A stretch of DNA of 35,269 nt. Origin: a virus. Taxonomy: Duplodnaviria; Caudoviricetes. Where the stretch lies: IMG/VR virus record IMGVR_UViG_3300027813_000035, positions 1 through 35,269 of that record, one strand, 5' to 3'. The notes under the pieces are model-generated. The model did no database searches, was not told the DNA's origin, and saw only the letters and a program-made list of their open reading frames with translations. Numbering within the stretch: position 1 is the first letter of the stretch; every line of letters begins with the position of its first letter. Of this stretch, positions 8,214 to 17,444 are shown in pieces. A program made the position numbers and the translations under genes.

Positions 8214-8950
8214 AACAGACTTCCTTTCTTTGCATATTTTTTCATAATTGCCCACGCCTTAGCGTCATATGTAGGCACAGATGGAAAAGGTGGTTTATCT
8301 TCTTCTTTAACTTCTTGCATAAACTTATATTTTGTTAGATATAATTTTGCTCTACCTATTTCATTCTGTTTCATTTTGTGACCAACTGATACTACATTAA
8401 CATCTTTGTCTGGAAACGCCATTTGTAATCCTCTAGTTAATGTACCACTTGATCCTACTGACCATACTTCACTTATGTTTATGTTGTAATCTTTTTCTAT
8501 ATCTTTTGCAATTTGTTTTATATCTTCAAACACTCTAAATTCTTCTAAACCTAATGGTAATAATCTTCTTCTCTTTGGGTCTTCATAAAAGTATTCTCTT
8601 GCTCTTGCCTTTGTAACCTGTAGCATACCATTTGGCACCCAACGAATATCTGCACCATAATCTAATGCTTGTTGTTGATAAGGATGTAAATTATCTAGTG
8701 ATCTTTTTGCCATAAAGAATACTGCTTTTTTACCATACTCTTTTGCTTGTAGTGTTAAAGATAGTTGAGCATAACCATTTGCAGGACAACCACCATATAT
8801 AAATTCTTCAGCACCTTCGGCGATTTCTTCTCTAATCATTCTATCTACAAATCTTCTTTTAGAACCACCTTCTAATAGATCATCACGGACTATATGAAAC
8901 CCCTCGTGTTCTTCTATTACTAGTTTAGGAAATTTGTAAGGTTGCAACAT
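8195..8950 (-). CDS. PLP-dependent enzyme, fold type II (ACC deaminase/D-cysteine desulfhydrase-like)
   Basis: VRDDLLEGGSKRR (Schiff-base Lys context), phosphate loop SVGSSGT, YDAKAW and C-terminal LFWNVG. Confidence 0.8.
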   Translation of the reverse strand: MLQPYKFPKLVIEEHEGFHIVRDDLLEGGSKRRFVDRMIREEIAEGAEEFIYGGCPANGYAQLSLTLQAKEYGKKAVFFMAKRSLDNLHPYQQQALDYGADIRWVPNGMLQVTKARAREYFYEDPKRRRLLPLGLEEFRVFEDIKQIAKDIEKDYNINISEVWSVGSSGTLTRGLQMAFPDKDVNVVSVGHKMKQNEIGRAKLYLTKYKFMQEVKEEDKPPFPSVPTYDAKAWAIMKKYAKKGSLFWNVGR

Positions 8951-8951
8951 A

Positions 8952-9494
8952 CTATTTTTTCATCTTCTTATATCTATTCATTTGTTTCTGTGCTTTTTTA
9001 TATGCCATATCTAGTTTCATTTTACTTACACCATCAACAAATGTTTTACCTAGCATATGATCGTATTCGTGTTGAAAGACTCTACTAATCATACCATCTA
9101 AACTGCCTTCTTTTAGATCGCCATTTTCGTCTTCGTATTTTACAACTACTTTACGAGGTCTTGTTATGCTTAAGAATACAAAAGGAAAAGTTAAGCAACC
9201 TTCTTTCATCACTTCTTCCTCTACACTACTTGATATAATTATAGGATTAAAACAAGTCATCTTTAAATTTTTTTCTACTTCAGGATGATCGCCTATTACA
9301 AACATATTAAAAGGTAAACCTACTTGATTAGCAGATAAACCTATGCCACCATATTTTTTCATTGTGTCAAACATTGCTTCTGACAATTCTTTTCTATCTT
9401 TAAATCCTTCATCTTTTAACATATCGTTATTAAAAGGTGCGATTGCCGATTGTACTCTTGGATCAGTTGGTGGTATTAGTTTTAGTTCTTTCAT
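8952..9494 (-). CDS. def: Peptide deformylase
   Basis: All three PDF motifs: GIGLSANQVG, EGCLT, QHEYDH. Confidence 0.95.
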   Translation of the reverse strand: MKELKLIPPTDPRVQSAIAPFNNDMLKDEGFKDRKELSEAMFDTMKKYGGIGLSANQVGLPFNMFVIGDHPEVEKNLKMTCFNPIIISSSVEEEVMKEGCLTFPFVFLSITRPRKVVVKYEDENGDLKEGSLDGMISRVFQHEYDHMLGKTFVDGVSKMKLDMAYKKAQKQMNRYKKMKK

Positions 9495-10144
9495 ATTAGC
9501 CTCACATAGTTATCTTTGTTTGGATTGTAAGTTATTAAATCAAATGCAATTGTTATTCTTTCTTTATCTGATTTTTGTATATCTGTATAGTGTGGTATAT
9601 TGTTCGGAAAGATAGTCATTTTACCTACATCATTTTTACTAGCAAATGTCATAGGATCATTAATTTGATTTACTGGATTAATATAGTGAGTAGATGTATC
9701 ATCACATTGTACACAAATATGACCTCCTAAATAACAGTTTGGTCCTATATCGTGTATATGAGGTTTTATTTGTTCTCCCTTTCTCATTATATTGGTCCAA
9801 CATTGTATATACAATTCTTTTGGAAGTGGTTGATTAAAGTATTTCATCATTCCGTTGTGAAAGGTTATTATGTTTCCTTTTAGGTGTTTGATGTTTTCGT
9901 CTTCCCAATTAAGAACATTGTACTTATCAAATCTAGTAGTTGTACTGTCTTCTTTCATTCCTGTGTAAGCGTCACCTGTTGCAGGTAAACTTAATATTTC
10001 TTTTTCTTTAGTTAAGATAAACTTTGCTAACTCTTTGAAGTCAATTTGTTCTGCTTGAGTTTCAAATATGTTGTAATCATATTCAGGTGCAAAAAAAGTT
10101 TTCTTAGGTTCACTTTTCATTTTTGTTATTTTAACTTCTTTCAT
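9491..10144 (-). CDS. Putative 2OG-Fe(II) oxygenase
   Basis: WTNIMR...PHIHD...IFPNNIPHYT...RITIAFD. Confidence 0.8.
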   Translation of the reverse strand: MKEVKITKMKSEPKKTFFAPEYDYNIFETQAEQIDFKELAKFILTKEKEILSLPATGDAYTGMKEDSTTTRFDKYNVLNWEDENIKHLKGNIITFHNGMMKYFNQPLPKELYIQCWTNIMRKGEQIKPHIHDIGPNCYLGGHICVQCDDTSTHYINPVNQINDPMTFASKNDVGKMTIFPNNIPHYTDIQKSDKERITIAFDLITYNPNKDNYVRLI

Positions 10145-11859
10145 TATGTATTCTGCAATCTAGTGAAGTTTTTATACTTCTCAAATTTTAATATGTTGTT
10201 AAACTTGTCAAATAGTATATCGCCTTTGTGTGATATAATAAAGATGTTTTCATTTTTTAGTTTGTTGACTATCTTAAAGAAATCATCTGTGCCTTGTTGA
10301 TCTAAACTACTATCAAATATTTCATCTAGTATTAGTAAGTTTGTATTTACACTATTTTTCATTTTTGCAATAGTTCTCCAAGTAAATAATAATGCAAGGT
10401 CTATTCTTAACTTCTCTCCTTGACTAAAACTATTATAGGTAAATTCATCTCTATGACGACTCTTTACTGTTTCGTTAAATTCTTCATCTAAATGAAACGA
10501 TACAAAGAAATCCATTGCCTGTAAGTATTGATTAATTAGATTGTTTATAATAGGTATGTACTTCTTAATTATATGTCCTCTAGCACCTTTATCACTTAAC
10601 ACTTCTCTTAATACATCAACATATTTCTTTTGATCTATTATCTTATCTGTTGATATTTTACAAGTTTCTAGTTCTTCTTTTAGTTGTTGTAGGTCTGTAG
10701 CAATAGTTTTACTGTCTGTTTGTTTGTTTTCTAGTTGTAGTATTTCTTCATTTATCTTATTACTATAATTGTTTATTTCTGTTAATGAAGTATTTACTTT
10801 TGCTACATCAACATATAAGTCTGATAGTTTTTTAGATACAGCACCAAAGAAAGTAATCTTTTCTTCTACTTTAGTAATCTCACCAGTTAGTTTTTGCATA
10901 CCATCGTTGAGAGTTTTTACTTTACCTTTTAATTCATCTTGTTTATTATGTTTAAAGTCTTCGTCAATAGGTTGTGTACAAGTAGGACAGTTGTCATTCT
11001 CACTAAAGAATTGTAAGTTTTTATTATGATTTTCTAAATTAGTTTCTATTTTAGTTTCTATCTTCTCTAGTTCTTTCAACTTGCTATCTGATTCGTCTTT
11101 GTCTTTTAGTTGTGTTGTATGTTCTTCTATTGAAGTATTTAAATCTGTTATCTTATTTGAGTAGTCTTCTTTTGCTTTTATATGTTTATCTAATTGTAGT
11201 TTCTTATCATCTATATCGGTTGTATTTAATTCTGATAGTGATTTAAAATGTTTCATTTCTGTTTCATACTTTGTTTCTAATAGATCACATTTATGTTTTA
11301 CATTTAAAACTTCTTTTGATAACTGACCTTGTTGATCTCTTAATATTAAATCCATTTGAGTAAATACTTTTACATCTAATATTTCTTCAACGACATCTCG
11401 TCTGTATCTTGCCTTCATTTTCATAAAAGGTTCGTATGAAGAAGAACCTAGTATAACAACTTGAATAAATGATCTATAATTTAACTTCATAATATTGTGT
11501 TCTAAATATTTTTGATAGTCTATACTAGAGGCATTTTGATTTAACAATTGGCCATTCTCATATATTTCAAATAGATTAGGTTTTATACTTCGTTTAACTT
11601 TATATTGTTTTGTTCCTACATCAAAGTCTATCTCTACTTCACATTCACTATTGTTAATAGTGTTTACCATTTGTTCTTTTTTAATTATTCTAAAAGGTTT
11701 ATTAAATAATGCCCAGCACAATGCGTCAAGTAAAGTAGATTTACCTGATCCGTTTTGTCCTATAACAAGTGTTGTAGGAGATTTTACTAAATCTATTTCT
11801 ATTGGTGTGTTACCTGTTGATAGAAAGTTTTTATATCTTATCTTTTTAAAAATTATCAA
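10144..11859 (-). CDS. gp46: Recombination endonuclease ATPase subunit (T4 gp46, Rad50/SbcC-like)
   Basis: Walker A GQNGSGKS, coiled coil with zinc-hook CPTC, signature FSQGE, LILDE. Confidence 0.95.
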   Translation of the reverse strand: MIIFKKIRYKNFLSTGNTPIEIDLVKSPTTLVIGQNGSGKSTLLDALCWALFNKPFRIIKKEQMVNTINNSECEVEIDFDVGTKQYKVKRSIKPNLFEIYENGQLLNQNASSIDYQKYLEHNIMKLNYRSFIQVVILGSSSYEPFMKMKARYRRDVVEEILDVKVFTQMDLILRDQQGQLSKEVLNVKHKCDLLETKYETEMKHFKSLSELNTTDIDDKKLQLDKHIKAKEDYSNKITDLNTSIEEHTTQLKDKDESDSKLKELEKIETKIETNLENHNKNLQFFSENDNCPTCTQPIDEDFKHNKQDELKGKVKTLNDGMQKLTGEITKVEEKITFFGAVSKKLSDLYVDVAKVNTSLTEINNYSNKINEEILQLENKQTDSKTIATDLQQLKEELETCKISTDKIIDQKKYVDVLREVLSDKGARGHIIKKYIPIINNLINQYLQAMDFFVSFHLDEEFNETVKSRHRDEFTYNSFSQGEKLRIDLALLFTWRTIAKMKNSVNTNLLILDEIFDSSLDQQGTDDFFKIVNKLKNENIFIISHKGDILFDKFNNILKFEKYKNFTRLQNT

Positions 11860-12407
11860 GTTGCGTCACCTGTGTAAACATTTGTGTTTAATACTATTCT
11901 TCTTGCTGTATCTGTTTGAGTTACACCATAATGTTCTTGTTTGCCATCAAAGATAACTAGTGAGTTTTCAATTGATGGTACTTTTATTGCTTTACCTTCG
12001 TCATCAAATACAAAGGTGTATCCATCGCAGTTAGTAAAATTAAATACCGAAGTAAAAATGGATGCTGGTTGCATTGGAATATCTGTATGTCTTCCGTGTT
12101 CAACTGGTTCTTTTTGATTTAGATACATATTCAATTTCATTTTAAGTAATTTTGAGTTAGTAAATTCAAGTTTTTCTTTTTGGAAATCTTCTATACAACC
12201 AAAGAGAGGTAGTATATCTTTGTCCCAAACTTCAGTTTTTGAATCTGATAGTTCAGGACGACAATATAATGTTTTAGTAAGCATATGTTTGCCATCACCT
12301 CTTATCGTTTCGTTTTTGTAGTTCCAATCAAACAATTCATTTTCTACAATTCTTTTCATATACTGAAACAAAGGTTTAGGTAAAAAATCTTTTATTATTT
12401 TTATCAT
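11856..12407 (-). CDS. Putative 2OG-Fe(II) oxygenase inserted between gp47 and gp46
   Basis: HGRHTD...DGYT...IFDGKQEHYG...RRIVLN. Overlaps both neighbours by 4 nt. Confidence 0.75.
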   Translation of the reverse strand: MIKIIKDFLPKPLFQYMKRIVENELFDWNYKNETIRGDGKHMLTKTLYCRPELSDSKTEVWDKDILPLFGCIEDFQKEKLEFTNSKLLKMKLNMYLNQKEPVEHGRHTDIPMQPASIFTSVFNFTNCDGYTFVFDDEGKAIKVPSIENSLVIFDGKQEHYGVTQTDTARRIVLNTNVYTGDAT

Positions 12408-13462
12408 TCGTTTGCCTCAACATATAGTTCTTTAGTAAAGTCTTTTAATTTCTTTCTATCTAAATCTGTATCAATTTGTTCAATGTAGTTATCTAGGAAA
12501 GTCATAGTATCTTCTCCTTGATCTAGTATGTTTGCTTTTACAGTTTGTTGAATATCTACCGGATCTTCTATTATTTGTAATTCGTGTACATTGCTATTAG
12601 TGTAAAACTTTTCTACAAGTTTGTTATACATTTCTTCGTTTGTTTTAAATGATACAAACATTTTAACAAAGCAATTTTCGTAAGGTGTTAGATCAAAGTT
12701 ATTATAGTCTTTTGTTCTATCATCATATATTATCTTTTTAAATATAGCAAGATCATTAGGTATTCTTTCTAACTCTCTTGTTTCTGTATCAAAAATATGA
12801 AACCCTTTAGGGCAGTTGTGATCTGACCACATAATCTGATACTGTGTACCTAGATAATAGATAAGTCCGTCATCTGATTTTTTATGAAAGTGACCAGACA
12901 TAACTTTTTCAAATCTTTTAAATTGTTCTTTCTCTAGTCCGTGCATATTCATATGACCTTTGTGCATTTCAAAACCTTTAATTTCTAAATGTCCAAAACA
13001 TATAGCAGCCTCCGAGTGATCTATTGCGTGTATTGAATCTTCGTAATTGTCATCACATATCCAAGGTAAGAATAACATACGACAACCACCTAGTTCTACT
13101 TCTTTGGGACCATCATATATCCAAGGTTCGTTTACACCGTCAAAAGATGTACACAATTGTTCAATTGAGTTTACTTTGTTTGTGTTCTTGTAATAGGTAT
13201 CGTGGTTACCTAATATGATATGTGTATCTATCTTTAACTCCCATAGTCTTTTCCAAAATTTCTTTTGAAAGTTATGGGCAGTATTAAAGTTAATAAATTT
13301 TCGTCTATCAACAACATCACCTAAATGTATTAATGTATCTATCTTGTTTTCTATTAGATAAGGAAAAAACTTTTCATCATAGAAACGGTTTTGATAGTTT
13401 ATAAAAGCAGGTGAGTCGTTACGACAACCAAAATGCGTATCATTCAATAGTGCTATTTTCAT
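12404..13462 (-). CDS. gp47: Recombination endonuclease nuclease subunit (T4 gp47, Mre11/SbcD-like)
   Basis: Phosphoesterase motifs DTHFG, GDVVD, GNHD, GHFH. Confidence 0.95.
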   Translation of the reverse strand: MKIALLNDTHFGCRNDSPAFINYQNRFYDEKFFPYLIENKIDTLIHLGDVVDRRKFINFNTAHNFQKKFWKRLWELKIDTHIILGNHDTYYKNTNKVNSIEQLCTSFDGVNEPWIYDGPKEVELGGCRMLFLPWICDDNYEDSIHAIDHSEAAICFGHLEIKGFEMHKGHMNMHGLEKEQFKRFEKVMSGHFHKKSDDGLIYYLGTQYQIMWSDHNCPKGFHIFDTETRELERIPNDLAIFKKIIYDDRTKDYNNFDLTPYENCFVKMFVSFKTNEEMYNKLVEKFYTNSNVHELQIIEDPVDIQQTVKANILDQGEDTMTFLDNYIEQIDTDLDRKKLKDFTKELYVEANE

Positions 13463-14022
13463 TACGACAGGAAGTAATCTAGTGTGCTACTCTTTGTTTT
13501 CTTCTTTCTTTTTTTCTTTTTCTTTGCTAAATCATCAGCAATTTTTTGTTGTTCATCAACAGACATATTCTTTTTAAGAAATTCTGTAAACTGGTTTTTA
13601 AATTCTCTATCTTCACCTGGTTGCAAAGTCATATCATCATAATTAGATTCTGTTATAAGTCTATTTTTAATAGTTACTTGTTTTTTCTCTTTCTGTATTC
13701 TTCTTATGAAGGCATAATATATTATTTGCGTGAAGTATGCAAAAGGATTGTTTGATTTCTTTGGATTAAAGTTGTCTAGGTACTGTAAGCAGTTTTCTAT
13801 ACCATCACTAATCATATCATCTCTAAATGTATAATTAATAAAATTTGGTCTATAAGATAAGTGATTCGCTATCTTTAAAAAACAACCACCAATGTAATCT
13901 GTAACAAGTGGTTTTTCTGTTTTCTTTCTTTCCGCCTTGTTAACTCCTTTTTTATATTCCACCATTGCAGCTAAAAATTCTTTATTGTTTACATAGTGTT
14001 CTTTTTTTGTAGTTTTTCTCAT
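13462..14022 (-). CDS. gp55: Late-transcription sigma factor (T4 gp55)
   Basis: HYVNNKEF, RPNFINYTFRDDMISDGIENC, NPFAYFTQI. C-terminal TLDYFLS resembles the gp45 clamp-binding tail. Confidence 0.95.
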   Translation of the reverse strand: MRKTTKKEHYVNNKEFLAAMVEYKKGVNKAERKKTEKPLVTDYIGGCFLKIANHLSYRPNFINYTFRDDMISDGIENCLQYLDNFNPKKSNNPFAYFTQIIYYAFIRRIQKEKKQVTIKNRLITESNYDDMTLQPGEDREFKNQFTEFLKKNMSVDEQQKIADDLAKKKKKRKKKTKSSTLDYFLS

Positions 14023-14028
14023 TCTCTT

Positions 14029-14057
14029 AATATAACACCTTTCTCTTAAAAAGTCAA
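14029..14057 (-). promoter_or_regulatory. sigma70-type promoter for gp55, probably leaderless
   Basis: TTGACT (14057-14052), 17-nt spacer, TGtTATATT (hexamer 14034-14029), then 6 nt to ATG 14022. Confidence 0.7.
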
Positions 14058-14112
14058 TGTTTAAATGAAATTTCGGTTACTTTTTTTATTGTAGTTTGGC
14101 TCTGAATCAGCA

Positions 14113-14140
14113 TTGACTTTTCGGTAAATCTGTGTATAAT
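14113..14140 (+). promoter_or_regulatory. Plus-strand (antisense-oriented) sigma70-type promoter
   Basis: TTGACT (14113-14118), 16-nt spacer, TATAAT (14135-14140), followed by a hairpin at 14147-14176. Confidence 0.55.
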
Positions 14141-14182
14141 AGAGCGTGTAGCGGGTTGACCAGAGACCTAGCTATAGTATTC

Positions 14183-14626
14183 TTAATGGATAGTTTTATC
14201 CATATCTTCATCATCAAAATCTTCATCAAATATATCACCTATCTTTTCATTCTCAGCGTCTGTAAACCTTTGTTGTTTGTAGTTTTGTTGCCTAACAGGA
14301 ACGGGTTTTACATCATAGTTCACAGCAATGTTAACATAACTACTAATCATTTCAGCAGACGCATTTGTTATTGTCATTATTTTATTCTTAGGAATAGTTA
14401 TTACTTTATCTGGAGTGTAAGAACACCATTTAATTAAAGCGATATAGTCTTTGAATCCTGTCATTGTCATTTGAGGAACATACTTAATTAGTAACGGTTT
14501 TTCGATTCGTACTAATTGAGAGTTTTCTGGTAACTGATTCTTACCTGTGGGTAATACAGTTACAACATCTTCTCCATTGACTAACTTGATTATCTTAACG
14601 CCTATTAGTGGTTTATCTACATTCAT
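14183..14626 (-). CDS. Conserved phage protein between uvsW and gp55 (possible Sm-like fold)
   Basis: VKIIKLVNGEDVV...IEKPL...W pattern and position typical of marine T4-like phages; acidic tail. Confidence 0.7.
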   Translation of the reverse strand: MNVDKPLIGVKIIKLVNGEDVVTVLPTGKNQLPENSQLVRIEKPLLIKYVPQMTMTGFKDYIALIKWCSYTPDKVITIPKNKIMTITNASAEMISSYVNIAVNYDVKPVPVRQQNYKQQRFTDAENEKIGDIFDEDFDDEDMDKTIH

Positions 14627-14627
14627 A

Positions 14628-16106
14628 TTATTTTAACTCCACATTATGGATCTCGTATTCAAAATCCTCTTCGTTGTATATATTTATCCTTTCTCTAAAG
14701 TGTGCAAGAGTATAATTTTCTTTTTCATTGTGCGTTAAATCATCTGCTATATCATACAAAGTAGCATCCGAATCATTATCTTTTAATCTTAAACCTCTAC
14801 CGATTGATTGCAAGTTTCTTATTCTACTCTTACTAGGACTTGCAAAAACTATGTTGTGTAAGTTTCTAATATTAATACCAGTAGAGAAAGTACCATAACT
14901 AGCAACTATGATTGCACCTTCAGACTTTTCAGTTATAAATCTAATCTTTTCTCTTTCTTCAGCTGCCACACCACCATAAACAAAGAACACTTGTTTGTCT
15001 GATTTTTCTTCTATTAACTTTTGAAGTATCACTCCGTGTTTCTCTACATATTGAAATAAGACTAAAGTATTACCTTGTAGTCCTGTAACTAAATTACGAA
15101 TATACTTGTTTCTTTTTTCATTAGAAACCAAATAGTCCATTTCTTCTTGGTATGTTTTGCCAAACATATCAGCTCTGACCTGTTTATCGTGTTGTAAAAT
15201 TAAACAGAAAATTTTTAAATTAGCAAGTTGTTTCTTTTCTTGTAGTTCACTTGTAGATACTACCTTGTTTACTGTACCAAACAGACCTTCTAATACGAGT
15301 TTGTGTGTTTTAGTACCATCTAAAGTACCTGTAAGACCTACTCTATATTTGCACTTCTCTAGTTTAGACATTATCTTTGTTAATGAAACGGCTTTAAACA
15401 AGTGTGCTTCGTCACCAACAACCATACCATATTGTTCAAACCATTTCTTTGGTAGATTGTAAATAGACTGCCACGTACTGATTACTACTCGTTTGGTAGT
15501 GTCCTTATCGTGTCCTTGGTATATTCTGTGTACATTGCGATCACTATTATATCCATAGTCTTTAAAGTCTTTATATAACTGTTCCACTAAAGATGTTGTT
15601 GGTACAATTATTAATATCTTATCTTGTTTCTTTTCTTTTAACCTTAACAGATTGTATATTAACATTAGATAAATGATTAACGATTTACCTGAGGCAGTTG
15701 GCGACAACAACAAACATCTACTCTTTGTTATAGAGTGTACAAATGCTTCTCGTTGATAATCTCTTATTTCTATTTTAGGTATCTTTAATGCTTTTAAAAA
15801 TCTAGTTACATCATCAGCATTAGTTTGTACATCTTTAATTTTAGTACCATCAACTATCTGTATGTTGTTCTTTTCGCACCAGTCAATAATGTAAGGATAC
15901 AATCCTGCATATATCTTACCAGTTGCATAAGCAAATAATCTAATTTTTCCATCCCATACTCTATTACGAAATGCTGGCATAAACTTATATCCAGGTACTT
16001 CAAAGGTAAAGTATTCACCTAACTCTCTACGAATATCAGCGTCTGCTTCTATCTTTAAATAGACTTCGTTTATTTTATCTATGATGAGGTATCTTGTTAT
16101 GGTCAT
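14628..16106 (-). CDS. uvsW: UvsW DNA helicase (SF2)
   Basis: RDYQ, SPTASGKS, DEAH, GLTGT, QSIGRGLR. Confidence 0.95.
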   Translation of the reverse strand: MTITRYLIIDKINEVYLKIEADADIRRELGEYFTFEVPGYKFMPAFRNRVWDGKIRLFAYATGKIYAGLYPYIIDWCEKNNIQIVDGTKIKDVQTNADDVTRFLKALKIPKIEIRDYQREAFVHSITKSRCLLLSPTASGKSLIIYLMLIYNLLRLKEKKQDKILIIVPTTSLVEQLYKDFKDYGYNSDRNVHRIYQGHDKDTTKRVVISTWQSIYNLPKKWFEQYGMVVGDEAHLFKAVSLTKIMSKLEKCKYRVGLTGTLDGTKTHKLVLEGLFGTVNKVVSTSELQEKKQLANLKIFCLILQHDKQVRADMFGKTYQEEMDYLVSNEKRNKYIRNLVTGLQGNTLVLFQYVEKHGVILQKLIEEKSDKQVFFVYGGVAAEEREKIRFITEKSEGAIIVASYGTFSTGINIRNLHNIVFASPSKSRIRNLQSIGRGLRLKDNDSDATLYDIADDLTHNEKENYTLAHFRERINIYNEEDFEYEIHNVELK

Positions 16107-16108
16107 TG

Positions 16109-16537
16109 TTAGATAGCGCCACTAGTAAACTTTCTCCAGTCAATAGCATTCTTAATATTAAATGATCTATTGGAGATTTGTCTTACCGTTCTATCTAAAA
16201 AATCTACTGTTACTTCCAAGTATTTAACCTTTTGATGTGCCTTTGTGTACTCGTCATCGGCCTCAATATATCTATCAACATCTGATCTCATAATTTTTAA
16301 GTTAAAAGGTTTCAATTGATAAACAGCAGGATCAGATTTACCTGTGTAGTATTCCCACTTATCTCTTTTGATTAATTTAAATTCATCTTCAGCACGAGTC
16401 AATAATAACTTAAACTTTGTTAAGTGTTTCAAAAATTCGTTGTGTAGTTGAGGGGTCTTTAATGATTCTAAATCTAATTCAGTATCATTAATTTTTAGCT
16501 TCTTATCAGCTAGTTCTTGTAGTTGTTCTAAATCCAT
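16109..16537 (-). CDS. uvsY: UvsY recombination mediator, 142 aa
   Basis: ESLKTPQLH, WEYYTGK, RSFNIKNAIDWRKF. Start moved to ATG 16537 (SD GGAG). Confidence 0.9.
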   Translation of the reverse strand: MDLEQLQELADKKLKINDTELDLESLKTPQLHNEFLKHLTKFKLLLTRAEDEFKLIKRDKWEYYTGKSDPAVYQLKPFNLKIMRSDVDRYIEADDEYTKAHQKVKYLEVTVDFLDRTVRQISNRSFNIKNAIDWRKFTSGAI

Positions 16538-16546
16538 AATAACTCC

Positions 16547-16575
16547 ATTATAACACAAAACTCTTAAAAAATCAA
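16547..16575 (-). promoter_or_regulatory. sigma70-type promoter for uvsY-uvsW
   Basis: TTGATT (16575-16570), 17-nt spacer, TGtTATAAT (hexamer 16552-16547). Confidence 0.7.
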
Positions 16576-16577
16576 GT

Positions 16578-17204
16578 TTAAGAGGTTGTAATTGTTGTTC
16601 TACTCGCCTGACTATTAGCGAAATCGTATATTTTATATTCAAAGGTTACAGTTGCCGTTAGGTAATCTGTATCGGTTGCTTGTTGATTGTACTGTAAAGA
16701 AGATAAAGATATTGGAAAGCAATCGCTAAATCTAACTTCGGTAACAGGATTGTTTTTACTTGTTAAAATACTCAATGTTGAGTCTGATAATATACCACCT
16801 GTATTTGGTGCATTAAATTTTACTCTTCCTGCGTCACCTAATGTACTACTTTTAGATGTAGGAAATCTATCGGATCCACCATCTAATAAATTTTTAAATT
16901 CTTGGTGACCACCAGGAAAACCTAGACCTCTTAACCAACCGTGTATCTCTTGGTAGTTTTCTAAATTTTCATCTACAAGAAATGTAACTGATAAAGGTTC
17001 GTATCTTAACTTCTCACCTGGTAAAGGAATATCTCTAAATGGTGTTGGTTGTGTATAGTTATCTGATATACTAATACCTGGTAAATTTACCTGTGTACAA
17101 AAGTATTCTACTTTAGGAAGTTTAGCAATACTAAACTTAAACTTTGTAGGGTCAGCGTAATCTTGTTTAGTTGGTTGTCTGCTATATGCGTTAGTAGTAG
17201 TCAT
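16578..17204 (-). CDS. gp3: Tail tube terminator / tail completion protein (T4 gp3-like)
   Basis: FKFSIAKLPKVEYFCTQVNLPGI, FLVDENLENYQEIHGW, FPISLSSL; position between gp23 and uvsY. Confidence 0.85.
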   Translation of the reverse strand: MTTTNAYSRQPTKQDYADPTKFKFSIAKLPKVEYFCTQVNLPGISISDNYTQPTPFRDIPLPGEKLRYEPLSVTFLVDENLENYQEIHGWLRGLGFPGGHQEFKNLLDGGSDRFPTSKSSTLGDAGRVKFNAPNTGGILSDSTLSILTSKNNPVTEVRFSDCFPISLSSLQYNQQATDTDYLTATVTFEYKIYDFANSQASRTTITTS

Positions 17205-17208
17205 AATA

Positions 17209-17439
17209 CTATTTATCTGTTTGCTTATCTACTTCTTGCCACTCTTTTTCAGTTGCCTTCTTCTCTAGTTCTTTCTCATTATCTGTTAAAACCTTGTCTT
17301 TTACTTCAACTTCTTCAAGTCTTTGTTCTATATTTTCTAAAGGATTAGGGTCTTTTTTGTTTAAGGTTGCAAATGCTAGTGCTAAAAAGACTAAAGCAAA
17401 TGCGAATATATAAAGGTATTGTATTAATATTTTCTTCAT
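17209..17439 (-). CDS. Small membrane-anchored/coiled-coil hypothetical protein
   Basis: MKK + hydrophobic helix, then a charged E/K-rich segment; has its own late promoter. Confidence 0.7.
   Translation of the reverse strand: MKKILIQYLYIFAFALVFLALAFATLNKKDPNPLENIEQRLEEVEVKDKVLTDNEKELEKKATEKEWQEVDKQTDK
17210..17217 (-). promoter_or_regulatory. Variant T4-type late promoter (GATAAATA) for gp3
   Basis: One mismatch from TATAAATA, 5 nt before ATG 17204. Confidence 0.5.
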
Positions 17440-17444
17440 ACTTT

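Noticed and set aside
8195-8255. Possible programmed frameshift fusing the PLP enzyme to the glycosyltransferase (no in-frame ATG near its start)
   Set aside because: No slippery heptamer at the junction, and an in-frame TTG at 8213 with SD AAAGGA 8 nt upstream explains initiation.
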